DNA of 64,000 bases, from the IMG/VR virus record IMGVR_UViG_3300023281_001121, positions 6,250-70,249 of that record. One strand, written 5' to 3'. How positions within the stretch are numbered: the first letter of the stretch is position 1; every line of letters begins with the position of its first letter. Shown one piece after another: positions 1-8,112 of the stretch. The translations under genes and the position numbers were made by a program. Under the pieces are notes generated by a model. The model was given only the letters and a program-made list of their open reading frames with translations, was not told the DNA's origin and searched no databases. Source of the DNA: a virus.

Positions 1-297
1 GTTTCCGCCCGAGATCTGGTACCGCTCCTGCATCATCTCCAGCGACTTACGGAGCATCCTGTAGAGCTTCCGCTTGCCCCAGAACGTGATCGCCGCCGAA
101 TCGTCATCTCCCGGCCTGTGAATGAACGGACCCTGGCGGTTATCCGGCATCCAACCCTCATTCGGATCGTCCACCTCATTGATCGTCACCGGCAGATACT
201 GGTACATCCGCAAGCCCACGAAATCACCGTCATCAGTGGACTTCTCAACCCACTCGATTCGATCGGTCATCTCCTCAGCGTAGACGTTAATCCTCAT
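1..297 (-). CDS. conserved phage hypothetical protein, truncated at window start
   Basis: Own translation, not in ORF track: MRINVYAEEMTDRIEWVEKS...GPFIHRPGDDDSAAITFWGKRKL; open to position 1; ATGA overlap with the upstream gene. Confidence 0.7.
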   Translation of the reverse strand, partial: MRINVYAEEMTDRIEWVEKSTDDGDFVGLRMYQYLPVTINEVDDPNEGWMPDNRQGPFIHRPGDDDSAAITFWGKRKLYRMLRKSLEMMQERYQISGGN

Positions 298-437
298 TTT
301 TTTTTCTCCTGGATTGGGGGAAGACAAAAAACCGACTTCCCGGTGCATAGGTACCCGCAATTCGGGCAAATTTTGGCCTGCTCGATTCTCCACCAGCCTA
401 GGACACGTTCCCACCACCCCTTACCGCTCCTAGCCAT
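294..437 (-). CDS. small Cys-rich (CPNC..C..C) zinc-finger-like protein
   Basis: ATG at 437 preceded by AGGAG; MARSGKGWWERVLGWWRIEQAKICPNCGYLCTGKSVFC. Confidence 0.6.
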   Translation of the reverse strand: MARSGKGWWERVLGWWRIEQAKICPNCGYLCTGKSVFCLPPIQEKKK

Positions 438-500
438 CTCTGGGACTCCTGTTAATTCGATTTGAAGAAAGTGGGTACAACTGACTGATTGAAGGATCAA

Positions 501-529
501 TATATAAGATAAGTACCTTTAAGTATCAA
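501..529 (-). promoter_or_regulatory. sigma70-like promoter TTGATA-N17-TATATA driving the leftward small genes
   Basis: Minus-strand hexamers at 529-524 and 506-501 with 17-bp spacing in an AT-rich patch upstream of the ORF starting at 437. Confidence 0.5.
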
Positions 530-588
530 GGGGTACCCCCTATATGTCTATGATTCCTAAAGACTTTAATCATTATTCTAGCGCGCGT

Positions 589-629
589 GGGGTGGGCAGG
601 GGGGGAGGGGGGAGGGGGGGGTGCCCCCC
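589..629 (+). repeat. G-tract cluster (G4-T-G3-CA-G7-A-G6-A-G8) followed by C6
   Basis: Read directly from the sequence; lies in a non-coding interval. Confidence 0.85.
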
Positions 630-883
630 TGGTCGACATGCAATGCGTATAATAATTATTATGGAAAGCGGGGGTATAAAACGTAGGATCTATGCGGGTT
701 GTAGCGCCACGCGCTGTGCTGGCTGTGTGCTGCTGGCCACCAGGCCACACGTAAGCTACTGATTTATATATGTGATGATGCATGTTCGATCAATCTCATA
801 TGCGATGCACACACACACGCACATCAACCTGCATCACGTACCCCCATGGCCTGTACCCTATGTAGTACGTGGGCTGCATGGTG

Positions 884-1477
884 CTAGGCCTGGGGTGCAG
901 GCAGGGTGCGTGCATCAGGTAGTGCTTCAGCATGTAGTGCAGCATGGGCCTTGTCCCTGTCACCTATCAGTACGACCTGGCCTAGTGTGTAAGCCCCTGT
1001 ATTGTCTAGGCTTTCTATCCTACCTGCCAGGTGGCGTGGGCCTGGGCCTGGTGGCCTGGCATGGTAGGCCTCGTATACCGAAGTGAAGTCTTTTCCTATG
1101 TAGGACAATGACTTAGTGGTCTGCTCGCAGAGCCAGATCCACCCCCCGATACGCTCCACTGTGGGCACCACCAGGGCATCGTCGAAGGCGATCGATCGAT
1201 ACGAGCCGTGAGACCTGATCGCTCCCAGGACCTTGTGCCATGCGGCCTGAGCGCGGTCTGTGGCCGATCCCTGGATGAGTGTGACCAGGTCTGCCGGGCG
1301 GGGCATGAACTTGGAGCTTGCCAGGTGCAGGTGCGTGGCCTTGCTGATCTGCTCGATCGTGAAGCTCTCCAGGACGCTCCACCAAAGCTCCAGGGCCGAG
1401 TCGGTGATCTCTTGACCGTAGACCTCAGCTGCTCCCAGGACGATCGTCGCGAACGCTGGGCGGTCGTCGTTCTTCAC
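884..1477 (-). CDS. DUF6475-like protein, lambda P-position partner of the replication initiator
   Basis: GTG at 1477 overlaps the initiator stop (GTGA); ELWWSVL...SKFMPRPADL...AWHKVLGAIRSHGSYRSIAFDD...IGGW motifs. Confidence 0.65.
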   Translation of the reverse strand: MKNDDRPAFATIVLGAAEVYGQEITDSALELWWSVLESFTIEQISKATHLHLASSKFMPRPADLVTLIQGSATDRAQAAWHKVLGAIRSHGSYRSIAFDDALVVPTVERIGGWIWLCEQTTKSLSYIGKDFTSVYEAYHARPPGPGPRHLAGRIESLDNTGAYTLGQVVLIGDRDKAHAALHAEALPDARTLPAPQA

Positions 1478-2313
1478 TCGTTGCCCCGGTCGATGAAGCG
1501 TTGCGCTGCTCCGACGTTCTGCTGGGTACGCGTCCCGTGTTCCTGCACCGGGTACGCTTCGGTCCACAGCTGGGCTTCACGCGACAGAAAGAATTCAGCC
1601 CTCTTCACGTAGCTTGTCCCGATCTTGCCAGCGGCCTGCTGTTGATCGCGATACCGTCTGGCCCCTGCCATGATCTCAGCCCAGTCTGTTCCTGTGTCGA
1701 CGAGCGCGTTCGCTTTGTCGAGGGCCTTCGCCCAGCCTTGTGTGCCGTCGCGCTCTGGGTACGTTGCTCTGAACGCTTGCCACATTGCGTTGCTGACTGG
1801 CTTCGACTTCGAACGTTTAGAGTCTTCTCCGTTGGCTCTGGGTTTTGATCTTGATGTGGATATGGATGTGGATCTGGATACCATTGCTAACCCATGGCCT
1901 TCAGCATGTGCTTCAGCATCTGCCGGAGCATGTGCTGCAGCATGTGCATCAGCATCCTCATCGGCCTCAGGCATCACACTGTCATCGATGTCCTGGACGC
2001 GTCCGTGCCACCTCACCTGAGCAGCCTTGCGTCCCTGTTCAACGCGATCGGCCATCGTGCCGCGTATCTCTTCCAGCCGTGGATTGATTCCGCCGGGGAA
2101 CTTCGGCCCCAGGACATCGAGATGCGTCGCAGCAGAATCAGCGATGCGTGACAGCGCCTTGTGGTTGTCGATCGGCACCTGGCCGTTGATCCACTGGTAA
2201 GACAACAGGCGGATGTATGCGCCGACTTGCTCGTCGTCCCACGCCATCGTCGCCGTCGCGAAGTCACTCGCGTAAAATTGAAACCAGGGCCTGAGGCGGC
2301 TCTTGTCAGACAT
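1474..2313 (-). CDS. phage replication initiator, DUF1376/YdaU N-terminal domain (lambda O-like)
   Basis: PWFQFYASDF...EQVGAYIRLLSYQW N-terminus; internal iteron-like repeats; C-terminal FWxxYP-type helical domain. Confidence 0.8.
   Translation of the reverse strand: MSDKSRLRPWFQFYASDFATATMAWDDEQVGAYIRLLSYQWINGQVPIDNHKALSRIADSAATHLDVLGPKFPGGINPRLEEIRGTMADRVEQGRKAAQVRWHGRVQDIDDSVMPEADEDADAHAAAHAPADAEAHAEGHGLAMVSRSTSISTSRSKPRANGEDSKRSKSKPVSNAMWQAFRATYPERDGTQGWAKALDKANALVDTGTDWAEIMAGARRYRDQQQAAGKIGTSYVKRAEFFLSREAQLWTEAYPVQEHGTRTQQNVGAAQRFIDRGNE
1847..1961. other. putative replication origin inside the initiator gene
   Basis: Five tandem 12-bp units (consensus CAGCATGTGCtt, 1902-1961) next to six tandem GATnTG-type hexamers (1847-1882); same arrangement as lambda ori within O. 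Confidence 0.6.
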
Positions 2314-2324
2314 CGCGTGCCCGG

Positions 2325-2624
2325 TCAGGCAGCGGCAGTGTCTGGATCTGGAGCGTGCGAACGCGGTACGCGATCGTCCGGCACGTTCACCTCTCCGAGC
2401 AGGTCATCCTTCATCACATCGAAACCCTTCGCCCGTGCTGCGCGACTCAAAATGCCCGCGTACAAATCAGCGGACAAGAAAGGCAACGCGCCCGCCTTGT
2501 GCCATTTGCCAACGGCCTGGCGCGAGACGCTGAAGCCTGCGCGCTTGGTGACGAGCTTCGCCACATCTTCGCGTGTTCCCAGGTGGTCGAGGACCTTCTG
2601 GGTTAGGGTTTTCTCAGTGGTCAT
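2325..2624 (-). CDS. Cro-like HTH transcriptional regulator
   Basis: VAKLVTKRAGFSVSRQAVGKWHKAGALP resembles a Cro-type HTH; first gene of the unit leading to the initiator. Confidence 0.6.
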   Translation of the reverse strand: MTTEKTLTQKVLDHLGTREDVAKLVTKRAGFSVSRQAVGKWHKAGALPFLSADLYAGILSRAARAKGFDVMKDDLLGEVNVPDDRVPRSHAPDPDTAAA

Positions 2625-2662
2625 TTTTTGATCAATCGGTTGGTCTGCGGAGGCAGCTGAGA

Positions 2663-2697
2663 CTACTCCGGTTGACGCGCAAATGCTACTTCGGTTG
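2663..2697. promoter_or_regulatory. operator-like direct repeats CTACTCCGGTTG / CTACTTCGGTTG
   Basis: 11/12 identical, 23-bp period, in the divergent intergenic region; partial third TCGGTTG at 2636-2642. Confidence 0.45.
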
Positions 2698-2738
2698 CGG
2701 TCTTTTCCACCGTCGAATAAGGCCTAGCGAAACCTAGG

Positions 2739-2767
2739 TTGACAGGGACACGTCCTGGGTATACGGT
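2739..2767 (+). promoter_or_regulatory. sigma70 promoter TTGACA-N17-TACGGT for the early operon
   Basis: Perfect -35, TAnnnT -10, 17-bp spacer; palindrome CGGTCG-TACG-CGACCG (2764-2779) overlaps the -10/start region. Confidence 0.6.
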
Positions 2768-2824
2768 CGTACGCGACCGAGTTGGTCAGCCGGGAAACCG
2801 GTCCAGAAACAACGGAGAGCCAGG

Positions 2825-2986
2825 ATGGACAGCAACAAATTCGACTACATCAACCACCCCAATTTCGCCTCCTCAACCGGGCCTTGGAGCCTGGGTCTTG
2901 AGGTCCGCGAAGCGGTCAACCTAGAAGACCGCGACGACGACCACAAAGCCGAAGCTGCGCAGCTGCAGCAGGTTCTCTGGTCATGA
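2825..2986 (+). CDS. small hypothetical early protein (53 aa)
   Basis: Own translation MDSNKFDYINHPNF...QQVLWS; GGAGA SD; ATGA overlap with the next gene. Confidence 0.6.
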   Translation: MDSNKFDYINHPNFASSTGPWSLGLEVREAVNLEDRDDDHKAEAAQLQQVLWS

Positions 2987-3237
2987 GCGCCGCATCCAAC
3001 AATCGATTCCACGGGCGCGCTCGCGACCAGGTCGAGCTAGTCGCTCGCCGCGTCGTCGAGATCGAGATCCGCGACGTGTACGGAAAATCCCTGGCGTATC
3101 CATTGAACCGCGAAGCCGGACTGATCGCTGAGCTATCCGGCCATCGCACCCTGACACGCGGCGCGCTCAGCCTGGCCGAAGGTCTCGGATTCGAGATCGA
3201 GGTTGTGAACCGTCGCAGCGTGGAGGAGTTGGGTTGA
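2983..3237 (+). CDS. conserved small phage protein
   Basis: IRDVYGKSLAYPLNREAGLIAELSGHRTLT pattern typical of phage early genes. Confidence 0.65.
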   Translation: MSAASNNRFHGRARDQVELVARRVVEIEIRDVYGKSLAYPLNREAGLIAELSGHRTLTRGALSLAEGLGFEIEVVNRRSVEELG

Positions 3238-3244
3238 GAGGAGG

Positions 3245-3278
3245 CAACGCAGAGCGGCTTGCGGGCCGCTCGACGGTG
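3245..3278 (+). repeat. conserved intergenic hairpin, copy 1
   Basis: CAACG-CA-GAGCGGC-ttgcgg-GCCGCTC-GA-CGGTG. Confidence 0.75.
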
Positions 3279-3311
3279 TCACTTCCGGCATCCACCAACG
3301 GAGAATCCAAG

Positions 3312-3593
3312 ATGGAAATTCAATCAGCAGTAATACGAGTCACCGACCTTCGCGTCCACGTCGATGTGGTAGTCGATGGCCAGGAGCAGCGCAGCTTTGT
3401 CATCTACGACGGCAACACCGAGGCTCACGAGGAAGCCGCTGTGCAGTATCTCTTCCAGTCGATCGGTCTCCCCTTCCGCAAGATCGGCCTGGTCGATGAG
3501 CGCAGCGAGGAGGAGGTCGAGGAGGTCTCGCCCTGGCGTCCGGACCCGATCTACTCCGCAGGCCTGGCCTACGCTGCGGGGTACCCGGATTAG
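3312..3593 (+). CDS. hypothetical acidic early protein
   Basis: ATG at 3312 after CAACGGAGA SD. Confidence 0.65.
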   Translation: MEIQSAVIRVTDLRVHVDVVVDGQEQRSFVIYDGNTEAHEEAAVQYLFQSIGLPFRKIGLVDERSEEEVEEVSPWRPDPIYSAGLAYAAGYPD

Positions 3594-3689
3594 ATCAACG
3601 CCGAAACCGGGGTTACAATCCCCGGTCGATCTGCGGGTGGTCTCGCAGGTCCTGAAGATGGCAGACCCATTTAGATTCGGAGAAGCAAG

Positions 3690-4745
3690 ATGCAAACGAA
3701 AGTTCAGTTGACACAAATGACAAGCGACGTGCTGCTGCAGACGTTGCGAGTCAACGCGCTGGCCCAGGAGCCATCGTTCACCTGGGGATCGCCTGGCATT
3801 GGCAAGTCAGACGTTCACCAGCAATTGGCCGACAGTCTCAACGCGCCGCTGATCGATCTCAGAGCGAGCCAGTGGGACGCGGTCGACACTCGCGGCATTC
3901 CCTTTGTCGATCGCGCCGATGGCGCGGCACCGACGACTCGTTGGGCTGTGCCGGACGTGTTCCCATCAGCTGAGTACGCTGCGAAGCACGAATGGGTGGT
4001 GCTGTTCCTGGACGAGCTAAACCTGGCCGCGCCTTCGGTGCAGTCCGCGCTCTACCAGCTGATCTTGTCGCGCCGCCTTGGCGACTACGTCCTGCCGGAC
4101 AACGTCGTCCTGTTCGCAGCTGGCAACCTGGAGACCGATCGCAGTGGCGTGCATCGGATGAGCCAGGCGCTGGCCGATCGGTTCTTTCACTACCAGCTGA
4201 TCGTCGACAACCTGGCCTGGGAAAAATGGGCGCTCGAAAATGACCTGCACGTTGCGACCATCGCGTACAACCGATGGCGTCCGCAGCATCTGCACGACTG
4301 GGACGCGAAGTCGGTGAGCAAAGCTCAGGCGACACCGCGCTCCTGGTACAAGGTCAGCAAGGTCCTGAAGATCATCGAGGCCGAGGGCATCAACGGCCAG
4401 GTCGAAGCGGGCCTGGTCACCGGCAAGATCGGTGAGAGTGTCGGCGCGGAGTTCATCGGCTTCCTGAAGATCTACCGCAACCTGCCGGACCCAGATGGCG
4501 TGATACTCGCGCCGGATGCGGCCCCGGTGTCTGAGGACCCAGCCGTGAGTTACGCGCTCTGCGGCGCGCTGGCTGAGCGTGCGACCGATGGCAACATCGA
4601 CCGCATCATTCAGTACGCGGAGCGGCTGCAGCCTGAGTTCATGACGCTGCTGATTCGCAGCGCAGCCGTGCGTCATCCTGAGGTGCAATCCACCAAGGGC
4701 TTCATGAAATGGGCGAGCAAAAACGCTGACGTTTTAATCAAGTAG
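3690..4745 (+). CDS. MoxR/dynein-related AAA+ ATPase
   Basis: Walker A GSPGIGKS, Walker B VLFLDELN, FAAGN, ALADRF arginine finger, TPRSW sensor. Confidence 0.9.
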   Translation: MQTKVQLTQMTSDVLLQTLRVNALAQEPSFTWGSPGIGKSDVHQQLADSLNAPLIDLRASQWDAVDTRGIPFVDRADGAAPTTRWAVPDVFPSAEYAAKHEWVVLFLDELNLAAPSVQSALYQLILSRRLGDYVLPDNVVLFAAGNLETDRSGVHRMSQALADRFFHYQLIVDNLAWEKWALENDLHVATIAYNRWRPQHLHDWDAKSVSKAQATPRSWYKVSKVLKIIEAEGINGQVEAGLVTGKIGESVGAEFIGFLKIYRNLPDPDGVILAPDAAPVSEDPAVSYALCGALAERATDGNIDRIIQYAERLQPEFMTLLIRSAAVRHPEVQSTKGFMKWASKNADVLIK

Positions 4746-4749
4746 GGGG

Positions 4750-4790
4750 GCATCGCAGAGCGGCCTGGCTATGAGGCCGCTCGACGATGC
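4750..4790 (+). repeat. conserved intergenic hairpin, copy 2
   Basis: GCATCG-CA-GAGCGGCCT-ggctatg-AGGCCGCTC-GA-CGATGC. Confidence 0.8.
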
Positions 4791-4812
4791 AATCCCGCAT
4801 CAACGGAGAACC

Positions 4813-5718
4813 ATGATGGAAACCAAAAACAGTAATGAGCGACTAATGATCGTTCGGCTGGGCATCCACCAGTGGTACCCGCGCAAGTTTGACCTGAAGG
4901 CAACGAAGACGATCGCCGACGTGCATGGCGTGAGCATCGAGCGAGCCGGACGGTTCAATAAAATCCTGGTCGACCTGGCCGAGATTAAGCCGCTGCAGAA
5001 ACGTCTGCGGCTACTGCGCGATGACCACTACGCGATGACCTGCCCGTTCGGTGATAACGGTCAACGCGCGCTGTGCGCCGAGTTGTATTTCGATCACGTC
5101 GCAATGGTGCGCGATGCGATCGTGGACATCGACCGCCTGGCCGATGACTACGCGGCGAAGTACGACGACGAGCGTGCGAAGGCGAAGCTCGCGCTGAATG
5201 GTCTGTTCAATCCGGATGACTATCCTGACTCGAACGAATTGCGCGCGCGCTTCAGTGTCGACTTCGGTTACGAGCCGCTGCCCAGTGGTGACGGTGTCAA
5301 CGCGTGGACCGCGCTCGACGACTCGGCACGCGAGGCAATTCGCGAAGAGCTTCAGGCATCGATGGACGCGGCGGTCGAAGGCGCGCACAAGGATGTCGTC
5401 AATCGAATCGTCGAGAAGGCGCAGCACTTTGTGAAGCGCGTTCGCGAGATCGATGAAGAGGTGAAGCTGACCGATAAGAACAGCGGCAAGGGCCGGATTC
5501 ACGACAGCGTCGTTGGTCATCTGCGCGACATCGTCGACCTGGTTTTGCGCGGGCTGAATGTCACGGGCGACCAAGCCCTGGCGAAGCTCGCAGCTGACCT
5601 GGACGAGGCCCTGGCAGGTGTCACGACCGATCGCATTCGCAACGGCTCGACTCTCAGACTTGAGCGCGCCGACGCGGTCGAGAATGCCGTCGCGAAATTC
5701 GCGGGAGTGTACGGATGA
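4813..5718 (+). CDS. DUF3150-like helical protein, partner of the AAA/vWA pair
   Basis: RLGIHQW...GRFNK...GLFNPDDYP..ELR.RF pattern; lies between the AAA and vWA genes. Confidence 0.55.
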   Translation: MMETKNSNERLMIVRLGIHQWYPRKFDLKATKTIADVHGVSIERAGRFNKILVDLAEIKPLQKRLRLLRDDHYAMTCPFGDNGQRALCAELYFDHVAMVRDAIVDIDRLADDYAAKYDDERAKAKLALNGLFNPDDYPDSNELRARFSVDFGYEPLPSGDGVNAWTALDDSAREAIREELQASMDAAVEGAHKDVVNRIVEKAQHFVKRVREIDEEVKLTDKNSGKGRIHDSVVGHLRDIVDLVLRGLNVTGDQALAKLAADLDEALAGVTTDRIRNGSTLRLERADAVENAVAKFAGVYG

Positions 5719-7106
5719 GCGACAAAGCGGCACAGGCCAAAGCCGAGAAGGCCTTGCACGATGCAACGCGCATCCTGCGAAATCACCGGGCGAAGGTGGT
5801 GCAGTCGCACCCCTTCTTCGGTGCGCTACTGCTGAAGCAGAAACTCGTCGCGTCTCGCGATGTGCAGACGCTCGCGACAAATGGCAAAGAGCTTTTCTAC
5901 AATCCGGACTACGTCAACGGTCAGCGTACCGAGTACCTGACATTCGACGTTGCGCATGAAGCTCTGCACCCGGCACTGGGTCATCACGTCCGACGCGGCG
6001 ATCGTCGCTTCGACTGGTGGAACGAGGCCTGCGACTTTGTCATTAACCCGATCCTGCGCGATGCAGGATTCCATGTGCCGGACGATGCGTTGATGCGTCC
6101 GGACCTGGAGGGCATGCACTCCGAAGGCGCTTACAAGATCCTGGAAGGCGAGCGTGCCCAGCCCGATACCGGTGGCGGTGGTGACGACGGTGACCAGGGC
6201 CAGGAGCCGGACGAGGCTGGCCAGGACACGTCCCAGGCACCTCCTCAGCCCAAGCCGATCGAGGAGCCGCAGGACGAGCCTGGCGATTCCGAGGGTCAGG
6301 ACGACGGCGACCAGGGCGAAGGCTCTGGTGACGGCTCTGGTGACGCCCAGGACGGCGATTCGGGCCAGCAGCAGCAGGTCCCGAGCTTTGGAGGTGCGGG
6401 TGCGGTTCTCGATGCGCCCGTGGCCACCGAGGCTGAGCGCGTCGCTGAGGAGCAGGACTGGAAGGTGTCACTGACCCAGGCGGCAAACCTGGCAGCGGCC
6501 AGCAAGTCGGCTGGGAATCTCCCGGCTGACCTGCTGCGGCACATCGAGGAGATCCTGGAGCCGAAGGCAAACTGGCGCGAGATCTTGCGCCGGTTCATGG
6601 ATCAATTCTCCCAGGAAGATTCGACCTGGGCGGTGCCGAATCGAAAGATGATCGGCGAAGGTCTCTACCTGCCCAGCATGCGCTCCGAGAAGCTGCCGCC
6701 GATCTTGTTTGTGATCGACGCGTCGTCGTCCATGCCTGACGAGTCACTGCAGCAGGCGGGCGGCGAATTGCAATCGATCATCGACGAGCTTAAGCCTGAG
6801 TTCCTGGACGTGATCGTCCACGACACAAGCGTGCGCGGCGAGCCTGAGCGATTCGCGCCTGACGAGCCGGTGGTTCTGAAGGCGCGTGCCGGTGGCGGTA
6901 CCGCATTCGCTCCAGTGTGCGAGTGGATCGAGAACGCCGAGGAGGAGTACGCGTGCGTCGTCTGGTTCACTGACCTGGACCCGTGGGACTGGGACGACTG
7001 TAAGCCGCCTGAGGTGCCGTTGGTCTGGATCGACTGGACGGGCCAGGACAATCCCGATGTGCCGTTTGGCGATGAGGTGGTGCCGCTGGATGACGACTGG
7101 AGTTGA
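5715..7106 (+). CDS. DUF2201-type metallopeptidase-like plus vWA domain protein
   Basis: LATNG, HEALHPALGH (HExxH), NEACDFVIN, acidic linker, VIDASSSM (MIDAS DxSxS), GGGTAF, WFTD. Confidence 0.85.
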   Translation: MSDKAAQAKAEKALHDATRILRNHRAKVVQSHPFFGALLLKQKLVASRDVQTLATNGKELFYNPDYVNGQRTEYLTFDVAHEALHPALGHHVRRGDRRFDWWNEACDFVINPILRDAGFHVPDDALMRPDLEGMHSEGAYKILEGERAQPDTGGGGDDGDQGQEPDEAGQDTSQAPPQPKPIEEPQDEPGDSEGQDDGDQGEGSGDGSGDAQDGDSGQQQQVPSFGGAGAVLDAPVATEAERVAEEQDWKVSLTQAANLAAASKSAGNLPADLLRHIEEILEPKANWREILRRFMDQFSQEDSTWAVPNRKMIGEGLYLPSMRSEKLPPILFVIDASSSMPDESLQQAGGELQSIIDELKPEFLDVIVHDTSVRGEPERFAPDEPVVLKARAGGGTAFAPVCEWIENAEEEYACVVWFTDLDPWDWDDCKPPEVPLVWIDWTGQDNPDVPFGDEVVPLDDDWS

Positions 7107-7149
7107 TACCGCAGAGCGGCCTGGCTTCGGCCAGGCTGCTCGACGGTGT
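7106..7149 (+). repeat. conserved intergenic hairpin, copy 3
   Basis: ATACCG-CA-GAGCGGCCTGGC-ttcg-GCCAGGCTGCTC-GA-CGGTGT. Confidence 0.8.
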
Positions 7150-7169
7150 TAATTGAAGAGGAGGAGAGC

Positions 7170-7490
7170 ATGGCAGAAAACGAGAACTGGGTGCGGCGCA
7201 CGGTCAGCAACATGAAGGCGCTGATCGCTGCGACCGAAGCGAAGAAGATCGACCATTTGCCGGGCGAGCCGTTCCCGCGAACCGAGGGCGAGAAGCAGCA
7301 GCTGCACGTCGATGCATCGACCGATCGATGCCGACGTTGCGGCGACTACACTCCGATCCTGGTAGCGGACACTGGGCCGTTGGTGATCTGCCGATCGTGC
7401 GAGGCTGAACTGAAGGCGAGCGACGGTGGCGCGATGTGGTTCACCGATATGCTGGCGAAGCTGTCGAAGGCGGGAGAAAAGGCTGCGTGA
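7170..7490 (+). CDS. hypothetical protein with CxxC...CxxC zinc finger
   Basis: CRRCGD / CRSCE; strong SD GAGGAGGAG. Confidence 0.65.
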   Translation: MAENENWVRRTVSNMKALIAATEAKKIDHLPGEPFPRTEGEKQQLHVDASTDRCRRCGDYTPILVADTGPLVICRSCEAELKASDGGAMWFTDMLAKLSKAGEKAA

Positions 7491-7623
7491 GAGGCCGCAG
7501 GGGGCGACATCGGCGCGCGACCCTGCCCATGGTATTCACCAAGGTGAGCCAAATTCTGGGCAGGGACGCGACGCCGGGGTCCGGCGCGCATTACACGAAA
7601 GATATAGTCCGACGAGGGAATCC

Positions 7624-8112
7624 ATGATGGGAAATCAACAAGCTGTTCTTGATGAAATGACCGACGAATTCGAACTACAGATCTGGGACGGTGAAAAGTA
7701 CGAGGTCGAAGATTCTGGCGACGATCCGGAGATGCGGATGAAACCGTCGTGGTTGAGTCCGACCGTCTGGTGTTCGGTGTTCGCACCGCGTGCATCGACG
7801 AGGTCGTGGCGACGTGTCCGTACCAGCAAGCTGCGCGACGACAAGCCGAAGTATCGGCGACCGCGCAAGAAGGCCGAGCGCGGCTTCCTGGTCGAGTTGC
7901 AAGCTGAAGCATACGTCGACTGGTTGATCGCAACGCGTGGCAAAGATGATCTCTGCGACATACCGATGTGGTCGTGCGGGAAAACAGGCTACGCGCTGGA
8001 AGCGCAGCAGTGCATGAACGCCGAATTGAACAGGCGAAAAATTAAGCGGTGGGGATTCAAGATCCTGCCGCGCAATCACAACGAGGTGGTCGAGGAGCAT
8101 GACGATGGTTGA
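7624..8112 (+). CDS. hypothetical early protein
   Basis: 3' part of track ORF 7426-8112; ATG at 7624 after GAGGG SD. Confidence 0.6.
   Translation: MMGNQQAVLDEMTDEFELQIWDGEKYEVEDSGDDPEMRMKPSWLSPTVWCSVFAPRASTRSWRRVRTSKLRDDKPKYRRPRKKAERGFLVELQAEAYVDWLIATRGKDDLCDIPMWSCGKTGYALEAQQCMNAELNRRKIKRWGFKILPRNHNEVVEEHDDG

Noticed and set aside
526-1086. Short ORFs 526-783, 544-762 and 772-1086 as genes
   Set aside because: They arise from G/C homopolymers and low-complexity sequence, with no SD or family pattern.
3245-7149. Conserved hairpins as intrinsic terminators or N4-type vRNAP promoters
   Set aside because: No downstream U-tracts, variable loops, and no virion RNA polymerase gene.
5011-7213. 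Long antisense ORFs in the track (e.g. 5011-5880, 6043-6570, 6665-7213) and many similar ones genome-wide
   Set aside because: Shadows of well-supported opposite-strand genes in GC-rich DNA; no motifs or RBS.
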